The translations under genes were made by a program, and so were the position numbers. This document shows positions 12,230 to 23,761 of a stretch of DNA of 40,795 bases, one piece after another. How positions within the stretch are numbered: the stretch's first letter is position 1; each line of letters starts with the position of its first letter. A model generated the notes under the pieces. The model worked only from the letters and a program-made list of their open reading frames with translations, did no database searches and was not told where the DNA came from. The stretch is from NCBI GenBank assembly GCA_002269645.1, contig NIVC01004603.1, forward strand, positions 1 through 40,795, read 5' to 3'. The DNA is from Macrostomum lignano. Lineage: Eukaryota.

Positions 12230-12850
12230 TTTCTGTCTGATGTACCAGATCACCAGCCGATAGTTTCCGCAACTGTCGAGCTCCACGATTGTACAGCTGC
12301 GCTGCTCTACCGCACTTTCTTACAAAAGCCTCAATGCTGGAGTGAATACGAGTTTCCTTTGGTCGCAGGTCCTTGACAGTCCCTGGCACGTCACTATGAA
12401 GCATACGGTCGAGAGCCATCTTCGCCGGGCTTGGAAAGCCGCTGCCGACTGGTGTGTTGCGGTAGTGAAGCAAATGCCAGCTCCAGACTTTGGCCTGTCT
12501 CGAAGAATTTCTTCAGCATGCTTTTGGCTACGCTGGACTTTGAAATTCTGTGTTCCAACTTGAACTCAGCCATTTTCTGTCGAAACTCCCGAACAGAAAA
12601 CTGCGGACCTCCATCACTGACTAGCAGCTTCTCTGGCGCTCCAACGTTTTGAAAATTATCCACAGCCACAGCCAAGCTAGTCGTTGATCTCATCCGTGTG
12701 ACACTCATCCAGCGGCTGTAGGAGCCAACGTACACCAATTTAGTAGGATCCACCAGTGAACTCAAACAGATTCGTCAAACAAATTTTGAACGGAAAATTC
12801 GGCCCATCCACAGCCATCAACGTTTCTTTGGACTGAGTCCCCATATTCCG
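12230..12850 (-). mobile_element. Degenerate Ty3/Gypsy integrase fragment
   Basis: LVYVGSYSRWMSV...GAPEKLLVSDGGPQFSVREF and, in the next frame, HYRNTPVGSGFPSPAKM...LRKLSAGDLV. These are integrase-core motifs with frameshifts and deletions. Confidence 0.8.
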
Positions 12851-14102
12851 CTGGCCAGCGTGGAGGTAGGTGGCTAGTGAATTTGAATAAACATAAGGAT
12901 GATTTGAATCGCATTTTGAACTTAAACATCCAGTACGGTATAGTTCCGAGCTTGAGCCAGCTAATTTTAAGCAATATAACTACGAAAGAGTTAGAGAAAA
13001 CAATTTTTTCTGCTTCCCGAGAGTAATGTCCCCTAATTTTGGATGGGAGGTGGGCCAACCGCCTTTGACGACCCAATTCCCCCTGAATTCGCCAGTAATT
13101 GAGATGAAATTACAAGACAGTGGGTGTCAAGTCCCCTAATTCGGTGCATGTTTTAGTCTGCTAGCCAATAATAGCGTACATGTAGTAGTCAGATTGATGA
13201 AAAAGAAAAATTATCTGAATTCTATATTCTACATCAATTACAGTCTTCAATCTGTCGAGAGCCGAGAGGATGTGACTAAATTTGTGGGTGTTTTTCAGAA
13301 CAGCAGGTTACGCTGCACATGTTTGACATTGTTTTCATTTCTTAGCACACACAAGAATCAGTGAATATCAATCATTTTTGCTAGCATTTCACCATTTTTT
13401 TCTTTGTAAGAACGACTATTTTATCTTAAATCGAAGTCACTTCCTTCCAGGCGCGGCGGAGCCGGCCGGGCAGGGTAGGCAATTGCATGCCTACCCAATA
13501 AATTTGTTGCGGGGGGGCATTCATTGCCTTCCCAATATTTCAATCACATCAAATGATAAAGGCACGTCCTGCCCCCCCCCCCTAACTTTTGCGCCCCTCT
13601 CTTCCTCAGATTCAGACTCATGCTTATCGCCCGCCTCACTCTCCCGTGAACCAATCCCCACCTCCTTTCTGTTGTACGAAACCAATAATGAGTGCGACAT
13701 TCCCAAAACTTACTGGGAAATTCCTAGTAAAACAAAGTATAAAGCTTATCGTATTGGAATGACTAATGTATGTATTGCATTCCAGTATACGAGCGAAAAG
13801 AAAAAATAACGATACAAAATTAAAATAATAAGTATTGAACGGTTAATTATAATTTGAAATAGGAAAACAAATAGGTTATAGTTAACGCGATAATACTACT
13901 GAAAAATCTACGAATTCAAATCCGTTTCAGATTGAAATCCTGTGTCTAGTGTGACTAGGCAGTTGCTACATTCGAAATTATTTTATGGATTTGTAATGCT
14001 TGGGCCTGCTATAGTTTAATACTTCTGAACGAAAGAATATTCATTAAGTAGTTTATGTCTGCTTCTAAAATATTTCAAGTTATTCGTATTCAACTCTGCA
14101 AG

Positions 14103-17100
14103 ATGCGAACTATTGCGACTGCACTTGGTCTTTGCGTCATTATGATGCTTCTTTTTAGTAGTTTTCATACTGGTGCATCGGCCAAAGGACCCAAAGTAAC
14201 TGACAAGGTAACAATATATAAACAAAAAAGTACTTAAATTTTATACGTGTCATAATAGTATATACAAGGACCACTGGGTTCACAAAGTTAAGTCAATGAT
14301 TGATGATAGCATGGTTGTTTACCTGTTTAGTTGCTTAATAATATAAATGTATTTAGATTAAAAGAATATTGTTTAAATAAAAGTAGGCACTCAATAAATA
14401 GGCCCCTAATAACATGTTATAGGCTAGAGCTGTCAAAATTAGAGATTTTATTCGAGACGAGATTCGAGACGAGAAAGGCTTATAAGTCGAGAATTTCGAG
14501 ACGAGACAAGACAAAGTAAATCTAAAAAATATATTTCAGAATTGCATCTTGTCTTGCTTTTATCTTGCCTTATCTTGTCTTAAATTTCTTGATAAAATAC
14601 AATTCTAAAAAAATATTTTTTAGATTTTCCAGAATACTTTCTTAATTCTAGTTTTAATTCTTTGCTATTTATTCATAAGAATTTATGCTTGTAGCATATA
14701 AGCCCTTGGCCCTACTATGTCTATTACTAATTTGTCAAAAGACCTGTGTAGATTATCTTCAAGTCTGCTATGATACACCTTGCTGCAGAACTGAAATGAT
14801 AACTAAAAGAGCACATATGCAATGCAAACTCGTATATAACAACGTTCGTTAAATAACTGCTCAACATTGGCTAGATTTTACCATTTGAAAATTGCCCTAT
14901 CAAGCGTGTTACAACAAACAGTTGTATTTATATGAAAATTTGCTCCCCTTTTTATATTTTATCACTTAAAAGCTTTTGAAAAAAGGTATCGGAAAAATTC
15001 TTGAATCTCGTCTTGAATTTCTTGACAAAATTCGAGATTTCTCGAGACGAGAAAAAATGTCGAGATCTTGTCTCAAATCTTGTCTCGTCGAGATCTCGTG
15101 ACAGCTCTATTATAGGCCTAGTTTCTCCCTAAAATATATTGTTTCTTACTAAGCTTAATAAGGTTACTTAAAAATGATTATCTTCTATAAAAATATTTTA
15201 TTCATGCAAAACTATAGTTTGCCAAATATGTTATTGTCTTCTAAAAGCAGTAGAGAAAAATTTTTCCAAGGACCTAAGAGATAAATAAACAGCTAAAGAC
15301 CAAAGTTTGCCTATGCATGCCAATGCATTTGCCAATAGAATAGGCTTTTACCAATTATTAAATTTGGTATTCTTATTTTTTTATTATATAATAGCTCAAG
15401 ACTAAAGTTTACAAAAACCTATTGCATATATTTTTTACATTGTTTAGTTATCAAATAAAGCTATTTTGAATCCTAAGAATGATGGAAATTTATCTTTATT
15501 TCTAGGTTTATATATAAATAGTTTTGGGGATTAGAATTTATTGGGCTCAAAATCTATTGGTTTCAACCTCTTATAATAAAAGTTATAAGTGGTAAATCTA
15601 GGATTTTTAAAGTAAGGGGGCAATCCTAGGCAGAATGGCCCAACTTTTTGGGTTGGCCTAAAATAAGCTTTAAATAAGCCAAATGTTGCAATACTCCCCC
15701 CTTATATACAAGTTCAGCCATGGCAAAAGAGGAGGGTGACTGCCCCCTTCTCCTGCCCCCCTTCTGGATCTGCCACTGAGTTTTAATTTATATATTGTCA
15801 AACAACTTTATTTAGGCCTAACAAATTTCTAATAGCAATAAACATACTTATATCTATTTAACAATCTTAACTTACATTAGGTTATGTAAGGACAATAAAA
15901 CATTTTTTATATAATATAAAAGTAATAGTTTGTGTCCAAGTCTAATATTTTTTAATATATAGCTAATAGTATTTTAGTTTTTGACTAGGCTTATAATGGG
16001 GCCATTCTACCATTAGACTTGGACAAGGCTATACGAGTGTATTTATAGCTATAGTCATAGTTGCAGTGGAACATTAACTATTATAGTACTTTAAGTATAA
16101 GTTTATAGATATTTTAGCTAGATTTTCTGTGTAGTTATTTTATGATCAAGAATAAAATCATCTAGGTAAATAGCCTATATCTAGCACCCATAATTGGCTT
16201 AGGATTGCCATGTATTCACATATAAGGGCCAACCCCTATGGCATAGAAAGTGTATATGCATGACAATTTGAAATTTAAGGCTGCTTTAGTGCTATACAGC
16301 TTGTGTATAGGCCAGGAGTCAATGGAATAGGCAGAAAGCTTTGCCATCTAATCCTGCTTTAGCTCTCATTAAATTTTCAAATACTGGTGTGAGTGCACTG
16401 TGTGGCTTGCTAATTTTGTAATGAAATCAGGAGTTGAAAAGCCTCTATCCAGCTTTTGGGTCCTTTGAAACTTTACAATAGCAGTCTGGCCTGTTTGAGG
16501 TCTCTTCTCAACTCTCTTACCTCCTGTTCCTTCCCTCTCCTTTCCTCTCTCATCTGGCCCGCAGCCATTAGCTAGGTTCTTTATCTGGCTTTTGAGAAAA
16601 GTTTGCCGGACCCTGATCTAAATAAACCTTCGCTCCCAGGTGTTCTTCGACATCACCATCGGTGGGAAGCCAGCTGGCCGCATCGTCATCGGCCTGTTTG
16701 GCGGCAGCGTGCCAAACACTGTGAAGAATTTCAAGTCGCTGGCGGAGGGCGTGCCCCAGGAGTCTGGCGGCAGCATGGGCTACAAGGGGTCCAAGTTTCA
16801 CCGCGTCATCAAGGGCTTCATGATTCAGGGCGGCGATTTCACTAAAGGCGACGGCACCGGAGGCAAGTCCATCTATGGCGAGAAGTTCAAGGACGAGAAC
16901 TTCAAGCTGAAGCATTACGGCGCCGGCTGGTGCTCCATGGCCAACGCTGGCCCGGACACAAATGGCAGCCAGTTCTTCATCACCGTGGCGAAGACCCAGT
17001 GGCTGGACGGCCGGCACGTTGTATTCGGCAAAGTGCTAGAGGGGATGAGCGTGGTGAGGACGATCGAGACCACCCCAACTAACCAGAATGACCGGCCATC

Positions 17101-17179
17101 CCAGGATGTGGTCATCGCCGACTGCGGCTCGCTGCCTGTTGACCAGCCGTTCGCTGTTGAGAAGGCGCCGTCTGATTAG
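14103..17179 (+). CDS. PPIB: Cyclophilin B (ER peptidyl-prolyl cis-trans isomerase), 2 exons (14103-14207, 16640-17179), 214 aa
   Basis: Signal peptide plus KGPKVTDK|gtaac, then a phase-0 join to cccag|VFFDITIGG. Canonical cyclophilin motifs [38 protein letters not shown] and [12 protein letters not shown]. Confidence 0.95.
14425..15109. mobile_element. hAT-type MITE in the PPIB intron
   Basis: 11-bp TIR TAGAGCTGTCA...TGACAGCTCTA. Exact 8-bp TSD TTATAGGC at 14417-14424 and 15110-15117. Subterminal CGAGACGAGA repeats. Confidence 0.88.
15587..15778. mobile_element. Small decayed MITE of the CAGTGGCGGATC type
   Basis: The right end GGATCTGCCACTG pairs with a degenerate left end AAGTGGTAAATCTAGG. 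C-rich/G-rich subterminal tracts. No clean TSD. Confidence 0.4.
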
Positions 17180-17976
17180 CTTCTCGTGTGGCTTCTAGAT
17201 AACTCTGCTCGTTCGCTACTACTCTTAGTACCTGTTTTAAGTAGTACAAAATCGACAAAACAATTTATTACAGTTTTGCAAGTAGTTTAATCGTATCTTT
17301 GTTCGGCTGGAATGATTTTTCTTTTGCTAATTTATTTTATAAATTTTCAAACCTAAAACCTAAAACCTATTCAAAGCCTAAATATTCATAGTTTCCCAAC
17401 TTGGACTTGGGGAAAAGTACTTTATAACTTAATTCAGAATCAGAGTAAGTGCACGTTGACACTGGCAGTGACTCACTATAAATTGATGCAATCTACTTTA
17501 CAAATACAATTCGTTTGTTTGCGTTTCCCAGTTGCCAATATTGAAATTATTATAAAATTAACTAAATTGAATATTATAGTTCTCTGTTGATTTTGGTTTT
17601 ATTAATCTTTGGTGTCCGGTGCATCATTTTGTAGGTCTCCGTATTGGATTGAAAACTTGGTGTCGCTTGTGTGTCTTGTTCTGTACGCAATTTTCTGATT
17701 CTCTCTGATAGATTGTTCCCTCTTTCGCTTACAAGCTTATTGATTACTGATCTGCCCGCGTTTTTTAAACAAATAATTATCAGTAGCTATTTGTTCTGCC
17801 AGCTCGCTTGACCCACTGTGCACTTGTATAAACACCGAGTTGGAATCCCAAATACACTCTGCAAGTCTGCTATTGTCTTCTTTCTCCTGCAGGTTTCTGT
17901 CGGCATCTTGAAATTTACATTGCGGCTGTCGTGCGCTTGTGGATTTCATTAATTTCTGAAATTTCGGAGGGAAGGT

Positions 17977-19254
17977 GGAGAGGCAGATTCTCAGGCACTG
18001 AGGGGGAGCGGAGAGGCAGACTCTCAAGCACTGAGGGAGAGTGGAAAGGCAGATTCTCAGGCACTGAGGGAGAGCGGAAAGGCAGATTCTCAGGCACTGA
18101 GGGAGAAGCAGATTCTCAAGCACTGATGGAGAGGCAGATTCTCAAGCACTGAGGGAGAGCGGAGAGGCAGATTCTCAGGCACTGAGGGAGAGCGGAGAAG
18201 CAGATTCTCAGGCACTGAGGGAGAGCGAAGAGGCAGATTCTCAGGCACTGAGGGAGAGCGAAGAGGCAGATTCTCAGGCACTGAGGGAGAGCGGAAAGGC
18301 AGATTCTCAGGCACTGAGGGAGAAGCAGATTCTCAAGCACTGATGGAGAGGCAGATTCTCAAGCACTGAGGGAGAGCGGAGAGGCAGATTCTCAGGCACT
18401 GAGGGAGAGCGGAGAAGCAGATTCTCAGGCACTGAGGGAGAGCGAAGAGGCAGATTCTCAGGCACTGAGGGAGAGCGAAGAGGCAGATTCTCAGGCACTG
18501 AGGGAGAGCGGAAAGGCAGATTCTCAGGCACTGAGGGAGAAGCAGATTCTCAAGCACTGATGGAGAGGCAGATTCTCAAGCACTGAGGGAGAGCGGAGAG
18601 GCAGATTCTCAGGCACTGAGGGAGAGCGGAGAAGCAGATTCTCAGGCACTGAGGGAGAGCGAAGAGGCAGATTCTCAGGCACTGAGGGAGAGCGAAGAGG
18701 CAGATTCTCAAGCACTGAGGGAGAGCGGAGAGGCAGATTCTCAGGCACTAAGGGAGAGCGGAGAGGCAGATTCTCAGGCACTGAGGGAGAGGCAGATTCT
18801 CAAGCACTGAGGGAGAGCAGAGGCAGATTCTCAAGCACTGAGGGAGAGCAGAGGCAGATTCTCAAGCACTGAGGGAGAGCAGAGGCAGATTCTCAAGCAC
18901 TGAGGGAGAGCGGAGAGGCAGATTCTCAAGCACTGAGGGAGAGCAGAGGCAGATTCTCAGGCACTGAGGGAGAGGCAGATTCTCAAGCACTGATGGAGAG
19001 CGGAGAGGCAGATTCTCAAGCACTGAGGGAGAGCAGAGCAGATTCTCAAGCAATGAGGGAGAGCGGAGAGGCAGATTCTCAAGCACTGAGGGAGAGCGGA
19101 GAGGCAGGTTCTCAAGCACTGAGGGAGAGCGGAGAGGCAGGTTCTCAGGCACTAAGGGAGAGCGAAGAGGCAGATTTTCAGGCACTGAGGGAGAGCGGAG
19201 AGGCAGATTTTCAGGCACTGAGGGAGAGCGGAGAGGCAGACTCTCAAGCACTGA
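17977..19254. repeat. Minisatellite, ~33-bp unit GGCAGATTCTCA(G/A)GCACTGAGGGAGAGCGGAGA, with a 217-bp higher-order repeat
   Basis: Visible tandem array. The same translated blocks recur in the ORF track at 18090/18307/18524 and 18116/18333, a 217-bp period. Confidence 0.97.
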
Positions 19255-19487
19255 CTGAAGGGAGTGCGTATTTGCAAACATCAGCAAGCAATTGCATTTT
19301 TGAGATTTGGAAATCCCCAGTTTTGAGGAACTGCTGCCCACAGACATTTCGCAGATGAGCGATCTAATGCTCGCCTTGCACTCTTGACAAGCCGAAGTAA
19401 CACGTCTCTAAATCAATGCTCTAAATAGATTTTGCAACTATAGCAGCTAAATTGATTGTAAAGATTCATCAGGCACAGGCCGTTCGC

Positions 19488-19748
19488 ATGGCAACCCAGC
19501 CAGTGGTGATGCAGCAGCCAAGCTCAATCATTGGGCACCGGAGCTGCACAGAAGGGGCAGGTTTGCAATCAGGCGGACTCGACGCGGCGCAGCCGAAAGA
19601 CCATGTGGGTCAGAAGATGCACACGATGGTCAGATGTGCTGCCATCGCCTGCGCTCCCTGCGGCGCTTCGCTGCTGAACTGCTGCCAGCTGGTCCATCCC
19701 TGCTGCACGGGCAGTCGGCGCGACACCTGGAGAGCTGGAGTTTATTAA
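19488..19748 (+). CDS. Small Cys-rich protein, weakly PLAC8/cornifelin-like (possibly degenerate)
   Basis: MATQPVVMQQP start and a CAAIACAPC...CCQL...RRD C-terminal part resemble the two ends of PLAC8 proteins. The central Cys-rich core is not recognisable. Confidence 0.3.
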   Translation: MATQPVVMQQPSSIIGHRSCTEGAGLQSGGLDAAQPKDHVGQKMHTMVRCAAIACAPCGASLLNCCQLVHPCCTGSRRDTWRAGVY

Positions 19749-20039
19749 CTAGAAGCAACTGCTACACCTGCTTTTTGCACGAGTTCTTTGACTGACAGGA
19801 CTAGAAAAACATTTCTCGGAAATAAAACAATATTTTCCAATCAAAGCCACTCGCTATGCTTTCCCTTTCAGTGCTGTGGTTATACAAGTATGCATTGCAC
19901 ACTTTTTAAGGGCTATAGAGGGTTACTGGATCGTTCTGAATTGACCAAATGTGCCTCTAAATCACCGGAATAAAACAGCATGTGCATTGGATTTTAAAAT
20001 GCGAAATGTTAACGCCTAAAGTGAAGTACAGCACTCATC

Positions 20040-20850
20040 CTCAGTTGCTGGTTAAACCTCCAAAATCCTCAGTTGCTGAGCCAGCCTCCCAGATCCTAGG
20101 TTGCTGAGCCAGCCTCCCAAATCCCCAGTTGCTGGAACAGCCTCCCAGATCCTCAGTTGCTGGGCCAGCCTCCCAGATTCTCAGTTGCTGGGCCAGCCTC
20201 CCAGATTCTCAGTTGCTGGGCCAGCCTCCCAGATCCTCAGTTGCTGGGCCAACCTCCCAGATCCTCAGTTGCTGGGCCAGCCTTCCAGAAGGTCAGTTGC
20301 TGGGCCAGCCTCTCAGATTCCCAGTTGCTGGGCCAACCTCCCAGAGTGTCAGTTGCTGGGCCAGCCTCCCAGAGTGTCAGTTGCTGGGCCAGCCTCCCAG
20401 ATCTTCAGTTGCTGGGCCAGCCTCCCAGAGTGTCAGTTGTTGGGCCAGCCTCCCAGGATGTCAGTTGCTGGGCCAGCCTCCCAGATCCCCAGTTGCTGGG
20501 CCAGCCTCTCAGATCCTCACTTGTTGGGCCATGCAACCTCCCAGATTCCCAGTTGCTGGGCCAGCCTCCCAGATCCCCTGTTGCTGGGCCAGCCTCCCAG
20601 ATTCTCAGTTGCTGGGCCAGCCTCCCAGAGTGTCAGTTGCTGGGCCAACCCCCCAGATCCTCAGTTGCTGGGCCAGCCTTCCAGAAGGTCAGTTGCTGGG
20701 CCAGCCTTCCAGAAGGTCAGTTGCTGGGCCAGCCTCCCAGATCCCCAACTGCTGGGCCGGCCTTCCAGATCCCCAGTTGCTGGGCCAGCCTCCCAGATCC
20801 CCAGTTGCTGGGCCACAGCCGCTAACTCTCAGATCCTCGATCAGTTACTG
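20040..20850. repeat. Minisatellite, 28-bp unit CAGTTGCTGGGCCAGCCTCCCAGATCCT
   Basis: Visible tandem array. All three + frames are open only because the unit lacks stop codons. Confidence 0.97.
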
Positions 20851-22396
20851 AACCTTCACCTTTCACACCCTTTCCAAATTTCTGATAGTTAAAAATTGGA
20901 AGGCCGATTTGATTGGAAAAACTCTCAAGATTCGATGTTTTTTTAATTAAAGTGGACAAGATTTTAACTCAAGCTGCGCCAAATGCATGGCTACCCGCTT
21001 TTTTGCTGTTCAGAAGACCAGCGAGTCTGAAAGTTTTCTCTGCACTAAGAGTAATATTGGCCTTTAAGTCTAGCACTACTACTAAACTATATTTCTGGAT
21101 CGTGCATTAAATGACCCCAGCCAATACGCGATCACAAGCCGTTTAAGCACGGTTTTAGGGTTTGATGCAGGGATGCAGAATCGTGTTTAATTGAAAAGCA
21201 AGTCTCCCACTAACGATAAAATTGCTCCTGACCAGGCTCAATTGGCTTTTTTGTTTCCAGCCAGCTCTCTGCACTCTCATTTACTCCACCCACCAATTAG
21301 CTTCAAAACTGAGTGTACAGCAATTAGCTGTACTGAGTGTACACTGGCCAAGTGCATTGGACAGACAAGTCTTGCTATGAAGTACAAGGTACGAGCGTAA
21401 TAAGCTACAAGGTACTAAAACCCAATGTACATAGCAGGCAGATATTTTGATACTAAAAGCTGCAGTTCTTCCCTCATTCTATAGTTTTCATTTCTATTGC
21501 AAACTAAACTGAAAATTGGCAGAATTCATTCTGCGATATTTTTTTTCTACGTCGTAAGAAGTATGCCGGATCCGTTGGTAAGTTGATAATTAAATGGATA
21601 TTAAATGGATATTGCACTGGTTTTAGTATGGAGTGGATCAATCACTCGCATGGATGGAGGCATATCATATTTTTGGGTCTCATTTCTGTGGCTCTTGTCT
21701 ATATATTGATGAGCCGATCGACTGACTTTTCGTGATGATTCGATCACGGAGATGTTACACTTGCAGAAAATGGTGTTATAAAGTGGAGAATTTCGAGTAA
21801 GAATCTTCCGAATGTTTTGGGATCGCGCTCTGAGGATTTGAATAAAATTTTAAGTCCACCTATTTTTCAAGATTCGCTGAGTCAATTTATAGTTCGGCTG
21901 ATCTCAAAGAGCCAGCAGAGATTGCTATGAGGCGATGGGGTGAAGGGATAGCCAAGTTTCTTGCTTGATTTTTACAAGGGTTTATTTCTAGTATTTTCCC
22001 CAAAGTCTTTCGCATTGAATATATTTCCTTAGCACACTACTGCTCCCAATTGGTTGAGACTCAGACCGAATCTCCTGCTGGTTAGAGCACTCGCATTGGT
22101 TGGTATAGCATTCAGAGCTAGAGGGATTACATGATCACTCAATCGGATGCAAATGCAGGCACATGTCATGAGAGAGATTCATGCATCTAGAGTACGTAGG
22201 TCCTCACTCTCGTCGTTAGGCATCGCACACATTCCATAGCTTCGAGTTTGACTACCCATGGGTGGGAATGGCACCTGTTTATAGGTGTTAACCCAGGGGA
22301 TTTTGTATCAGTCCGGATCTCAGAAAACTGCTGCATACCTGTGATACAGATGCCCTATTATTAACCACGTGTTTAAAAAACCCCTATTTGCTTCAG

Positions 22397-23761
22397 TCCC
22401 AGACCAGCGAGATCGCAGAGAAGCTGAAGGAGGGAAACTACGGTCTGCTGTTGGATCTCGTAGCCAAGGAGGACCTGACCCCGTCAGACTGCAGGGCGGT
22501 CCTGGCTGAATGCGCCGGGACTCCCGGCGGTCTGCGCGCGAACTGCGCCAAGAGCTTCGAGCTGCTGATTGACCGGTCAGCTTGCGAGCTTCACAGTGCC
22601 GATGAGAACGGGGACAGCCTCGCCCATCTGGCCGCCCGGCATGACAACTTGATGTTGCTGGCTCTGCTCCCGGCTGAAATCAAATTCCAGACCAACAACA
22701 AGGGACTCACGCCATTTATGGAGGCCGCCCAATCCGGGAAGACCCGCTGCGCGAAGCACTTGATGCACCTGTTCAGGCAGACACACCTGGCCAGCAACTG
22801 GCAGGCAGTTCTGTGCAAAAATAACTCGGAAGGTCGGACGGCGCTGGACATGGCTGAGGAGTGCGGCTGGCACGAGTTGGCCAAGATAATTGAGGCGTGA
22901 GTGAGGCAGTATATAATATAAAGAATCCGATTTTTAAATGTTAAAACAGTTTGATAAATACTTGTACACCGATCATTTTAGTGAACTGAAGTTACTTGAG
23001 AACGGCCTGACGCCCCAGGTGAGTGTTCAAAAACTTGCTTGCAGATTAATTTAGCATCCTTAGACTAATGAACAGCTATAGTTTGTACTTTTAAAAATCG
23101 TGGTGCCAAGCGGACACGTCAAAATGTCAATTTGGGAGTTGCCATTAATTGTCATTACACACTTGCGTGACAATGACGATTCGAGGCACATGCGAGCGTA
23201 AACATGATCTTGTGTGCTCAGTGCTTGAGCCTGTGGCAAGCGTCTAAAGTCCTTAATCCCCAATAATTGTCTAAATATACGTACCTTCCAGCAAGAGCGA
23301 ATTCGCATACAGCTGGAGCAGCTCGCCCTTGCTGGCAATCTCGCCGAGCTCAAGCTGCTGGCCACCAGCGCCAACTGCGACTTGCCCGACGGTGCCGGCA
23401 AGACTGCGCTGATGCGAGTCTCCGAGTGCAAGTCAGCCGGCCTTGAGGTGCTGAAGCTCCTGGCAGGTCTTGGCGACCCCACGGCGCCTGACGCCAACGG
23501 CTGGAGCAGTCTGCACTCGGCCGCCGCAGCCGGCTGGGAGGGCGCCATGTGGGCGCTCGCCAACTCCGGGGCGGCCGTGAACTGCGGCGACCACCGCAAC
23601 TGGACGGCCCTCATGCAGGCGGCCAGCCGCGACCACGTGGACAGCGTCAGGGCGCTGCTTCGGCTTGGCGCCAACTGGGAGATGCGAGACAACAACGGGA
23701 GCACCGCGCTGTACTATGCTGATAGGAACTGCTGCAAGCAGACCTCCGAACTGCTGGGCCA
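22397..23761 (+). CDS. Ankyrin-repeat exons (about 8 repeats in two blocks)
   Basis: DENGDSLAHLAA, NNKGLTPFMEAA, NSEGRTALDMA, DGAGKTALM, DANGWSSLHSAA, DHRNWTALMQAA, DNNGSTALYYA. Confidence 0.9.

Noticed and set aside
13447-13600. GC-rich CAGGCGCGG... block as a MITE
   Set aside because: It looks like one end of a non-autonomous element, but I found no matching TIR or TSD.
17349-17372. AAACCTA repeats as interstitial telomere
   Set aside because: Only about three copies, and not the TTAGGG unit.
19488-19748. This ORF as the missing first exon of the ankyrin-kinase-caspase gene
   Set aside because: It has its own stop, and I found no convincing phase-0 donor linking it to 22397. The start exon remains unidentified.
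17915-20892. ORFs with PENLPLRSPSV, ESGEADSQALR or LLGQPPRS repeats as repetitive proteins
   Set aside because: They are open in several frames and strands because the units lack stops. Unit-length variants break frame, and there is no credible start or splice context.
21560-22330. Possible highly decayed Penelope-like retroelement on the minus strand
   Set aside because: Only faint motif echoes among many stops; cannot be supported without a profile search.
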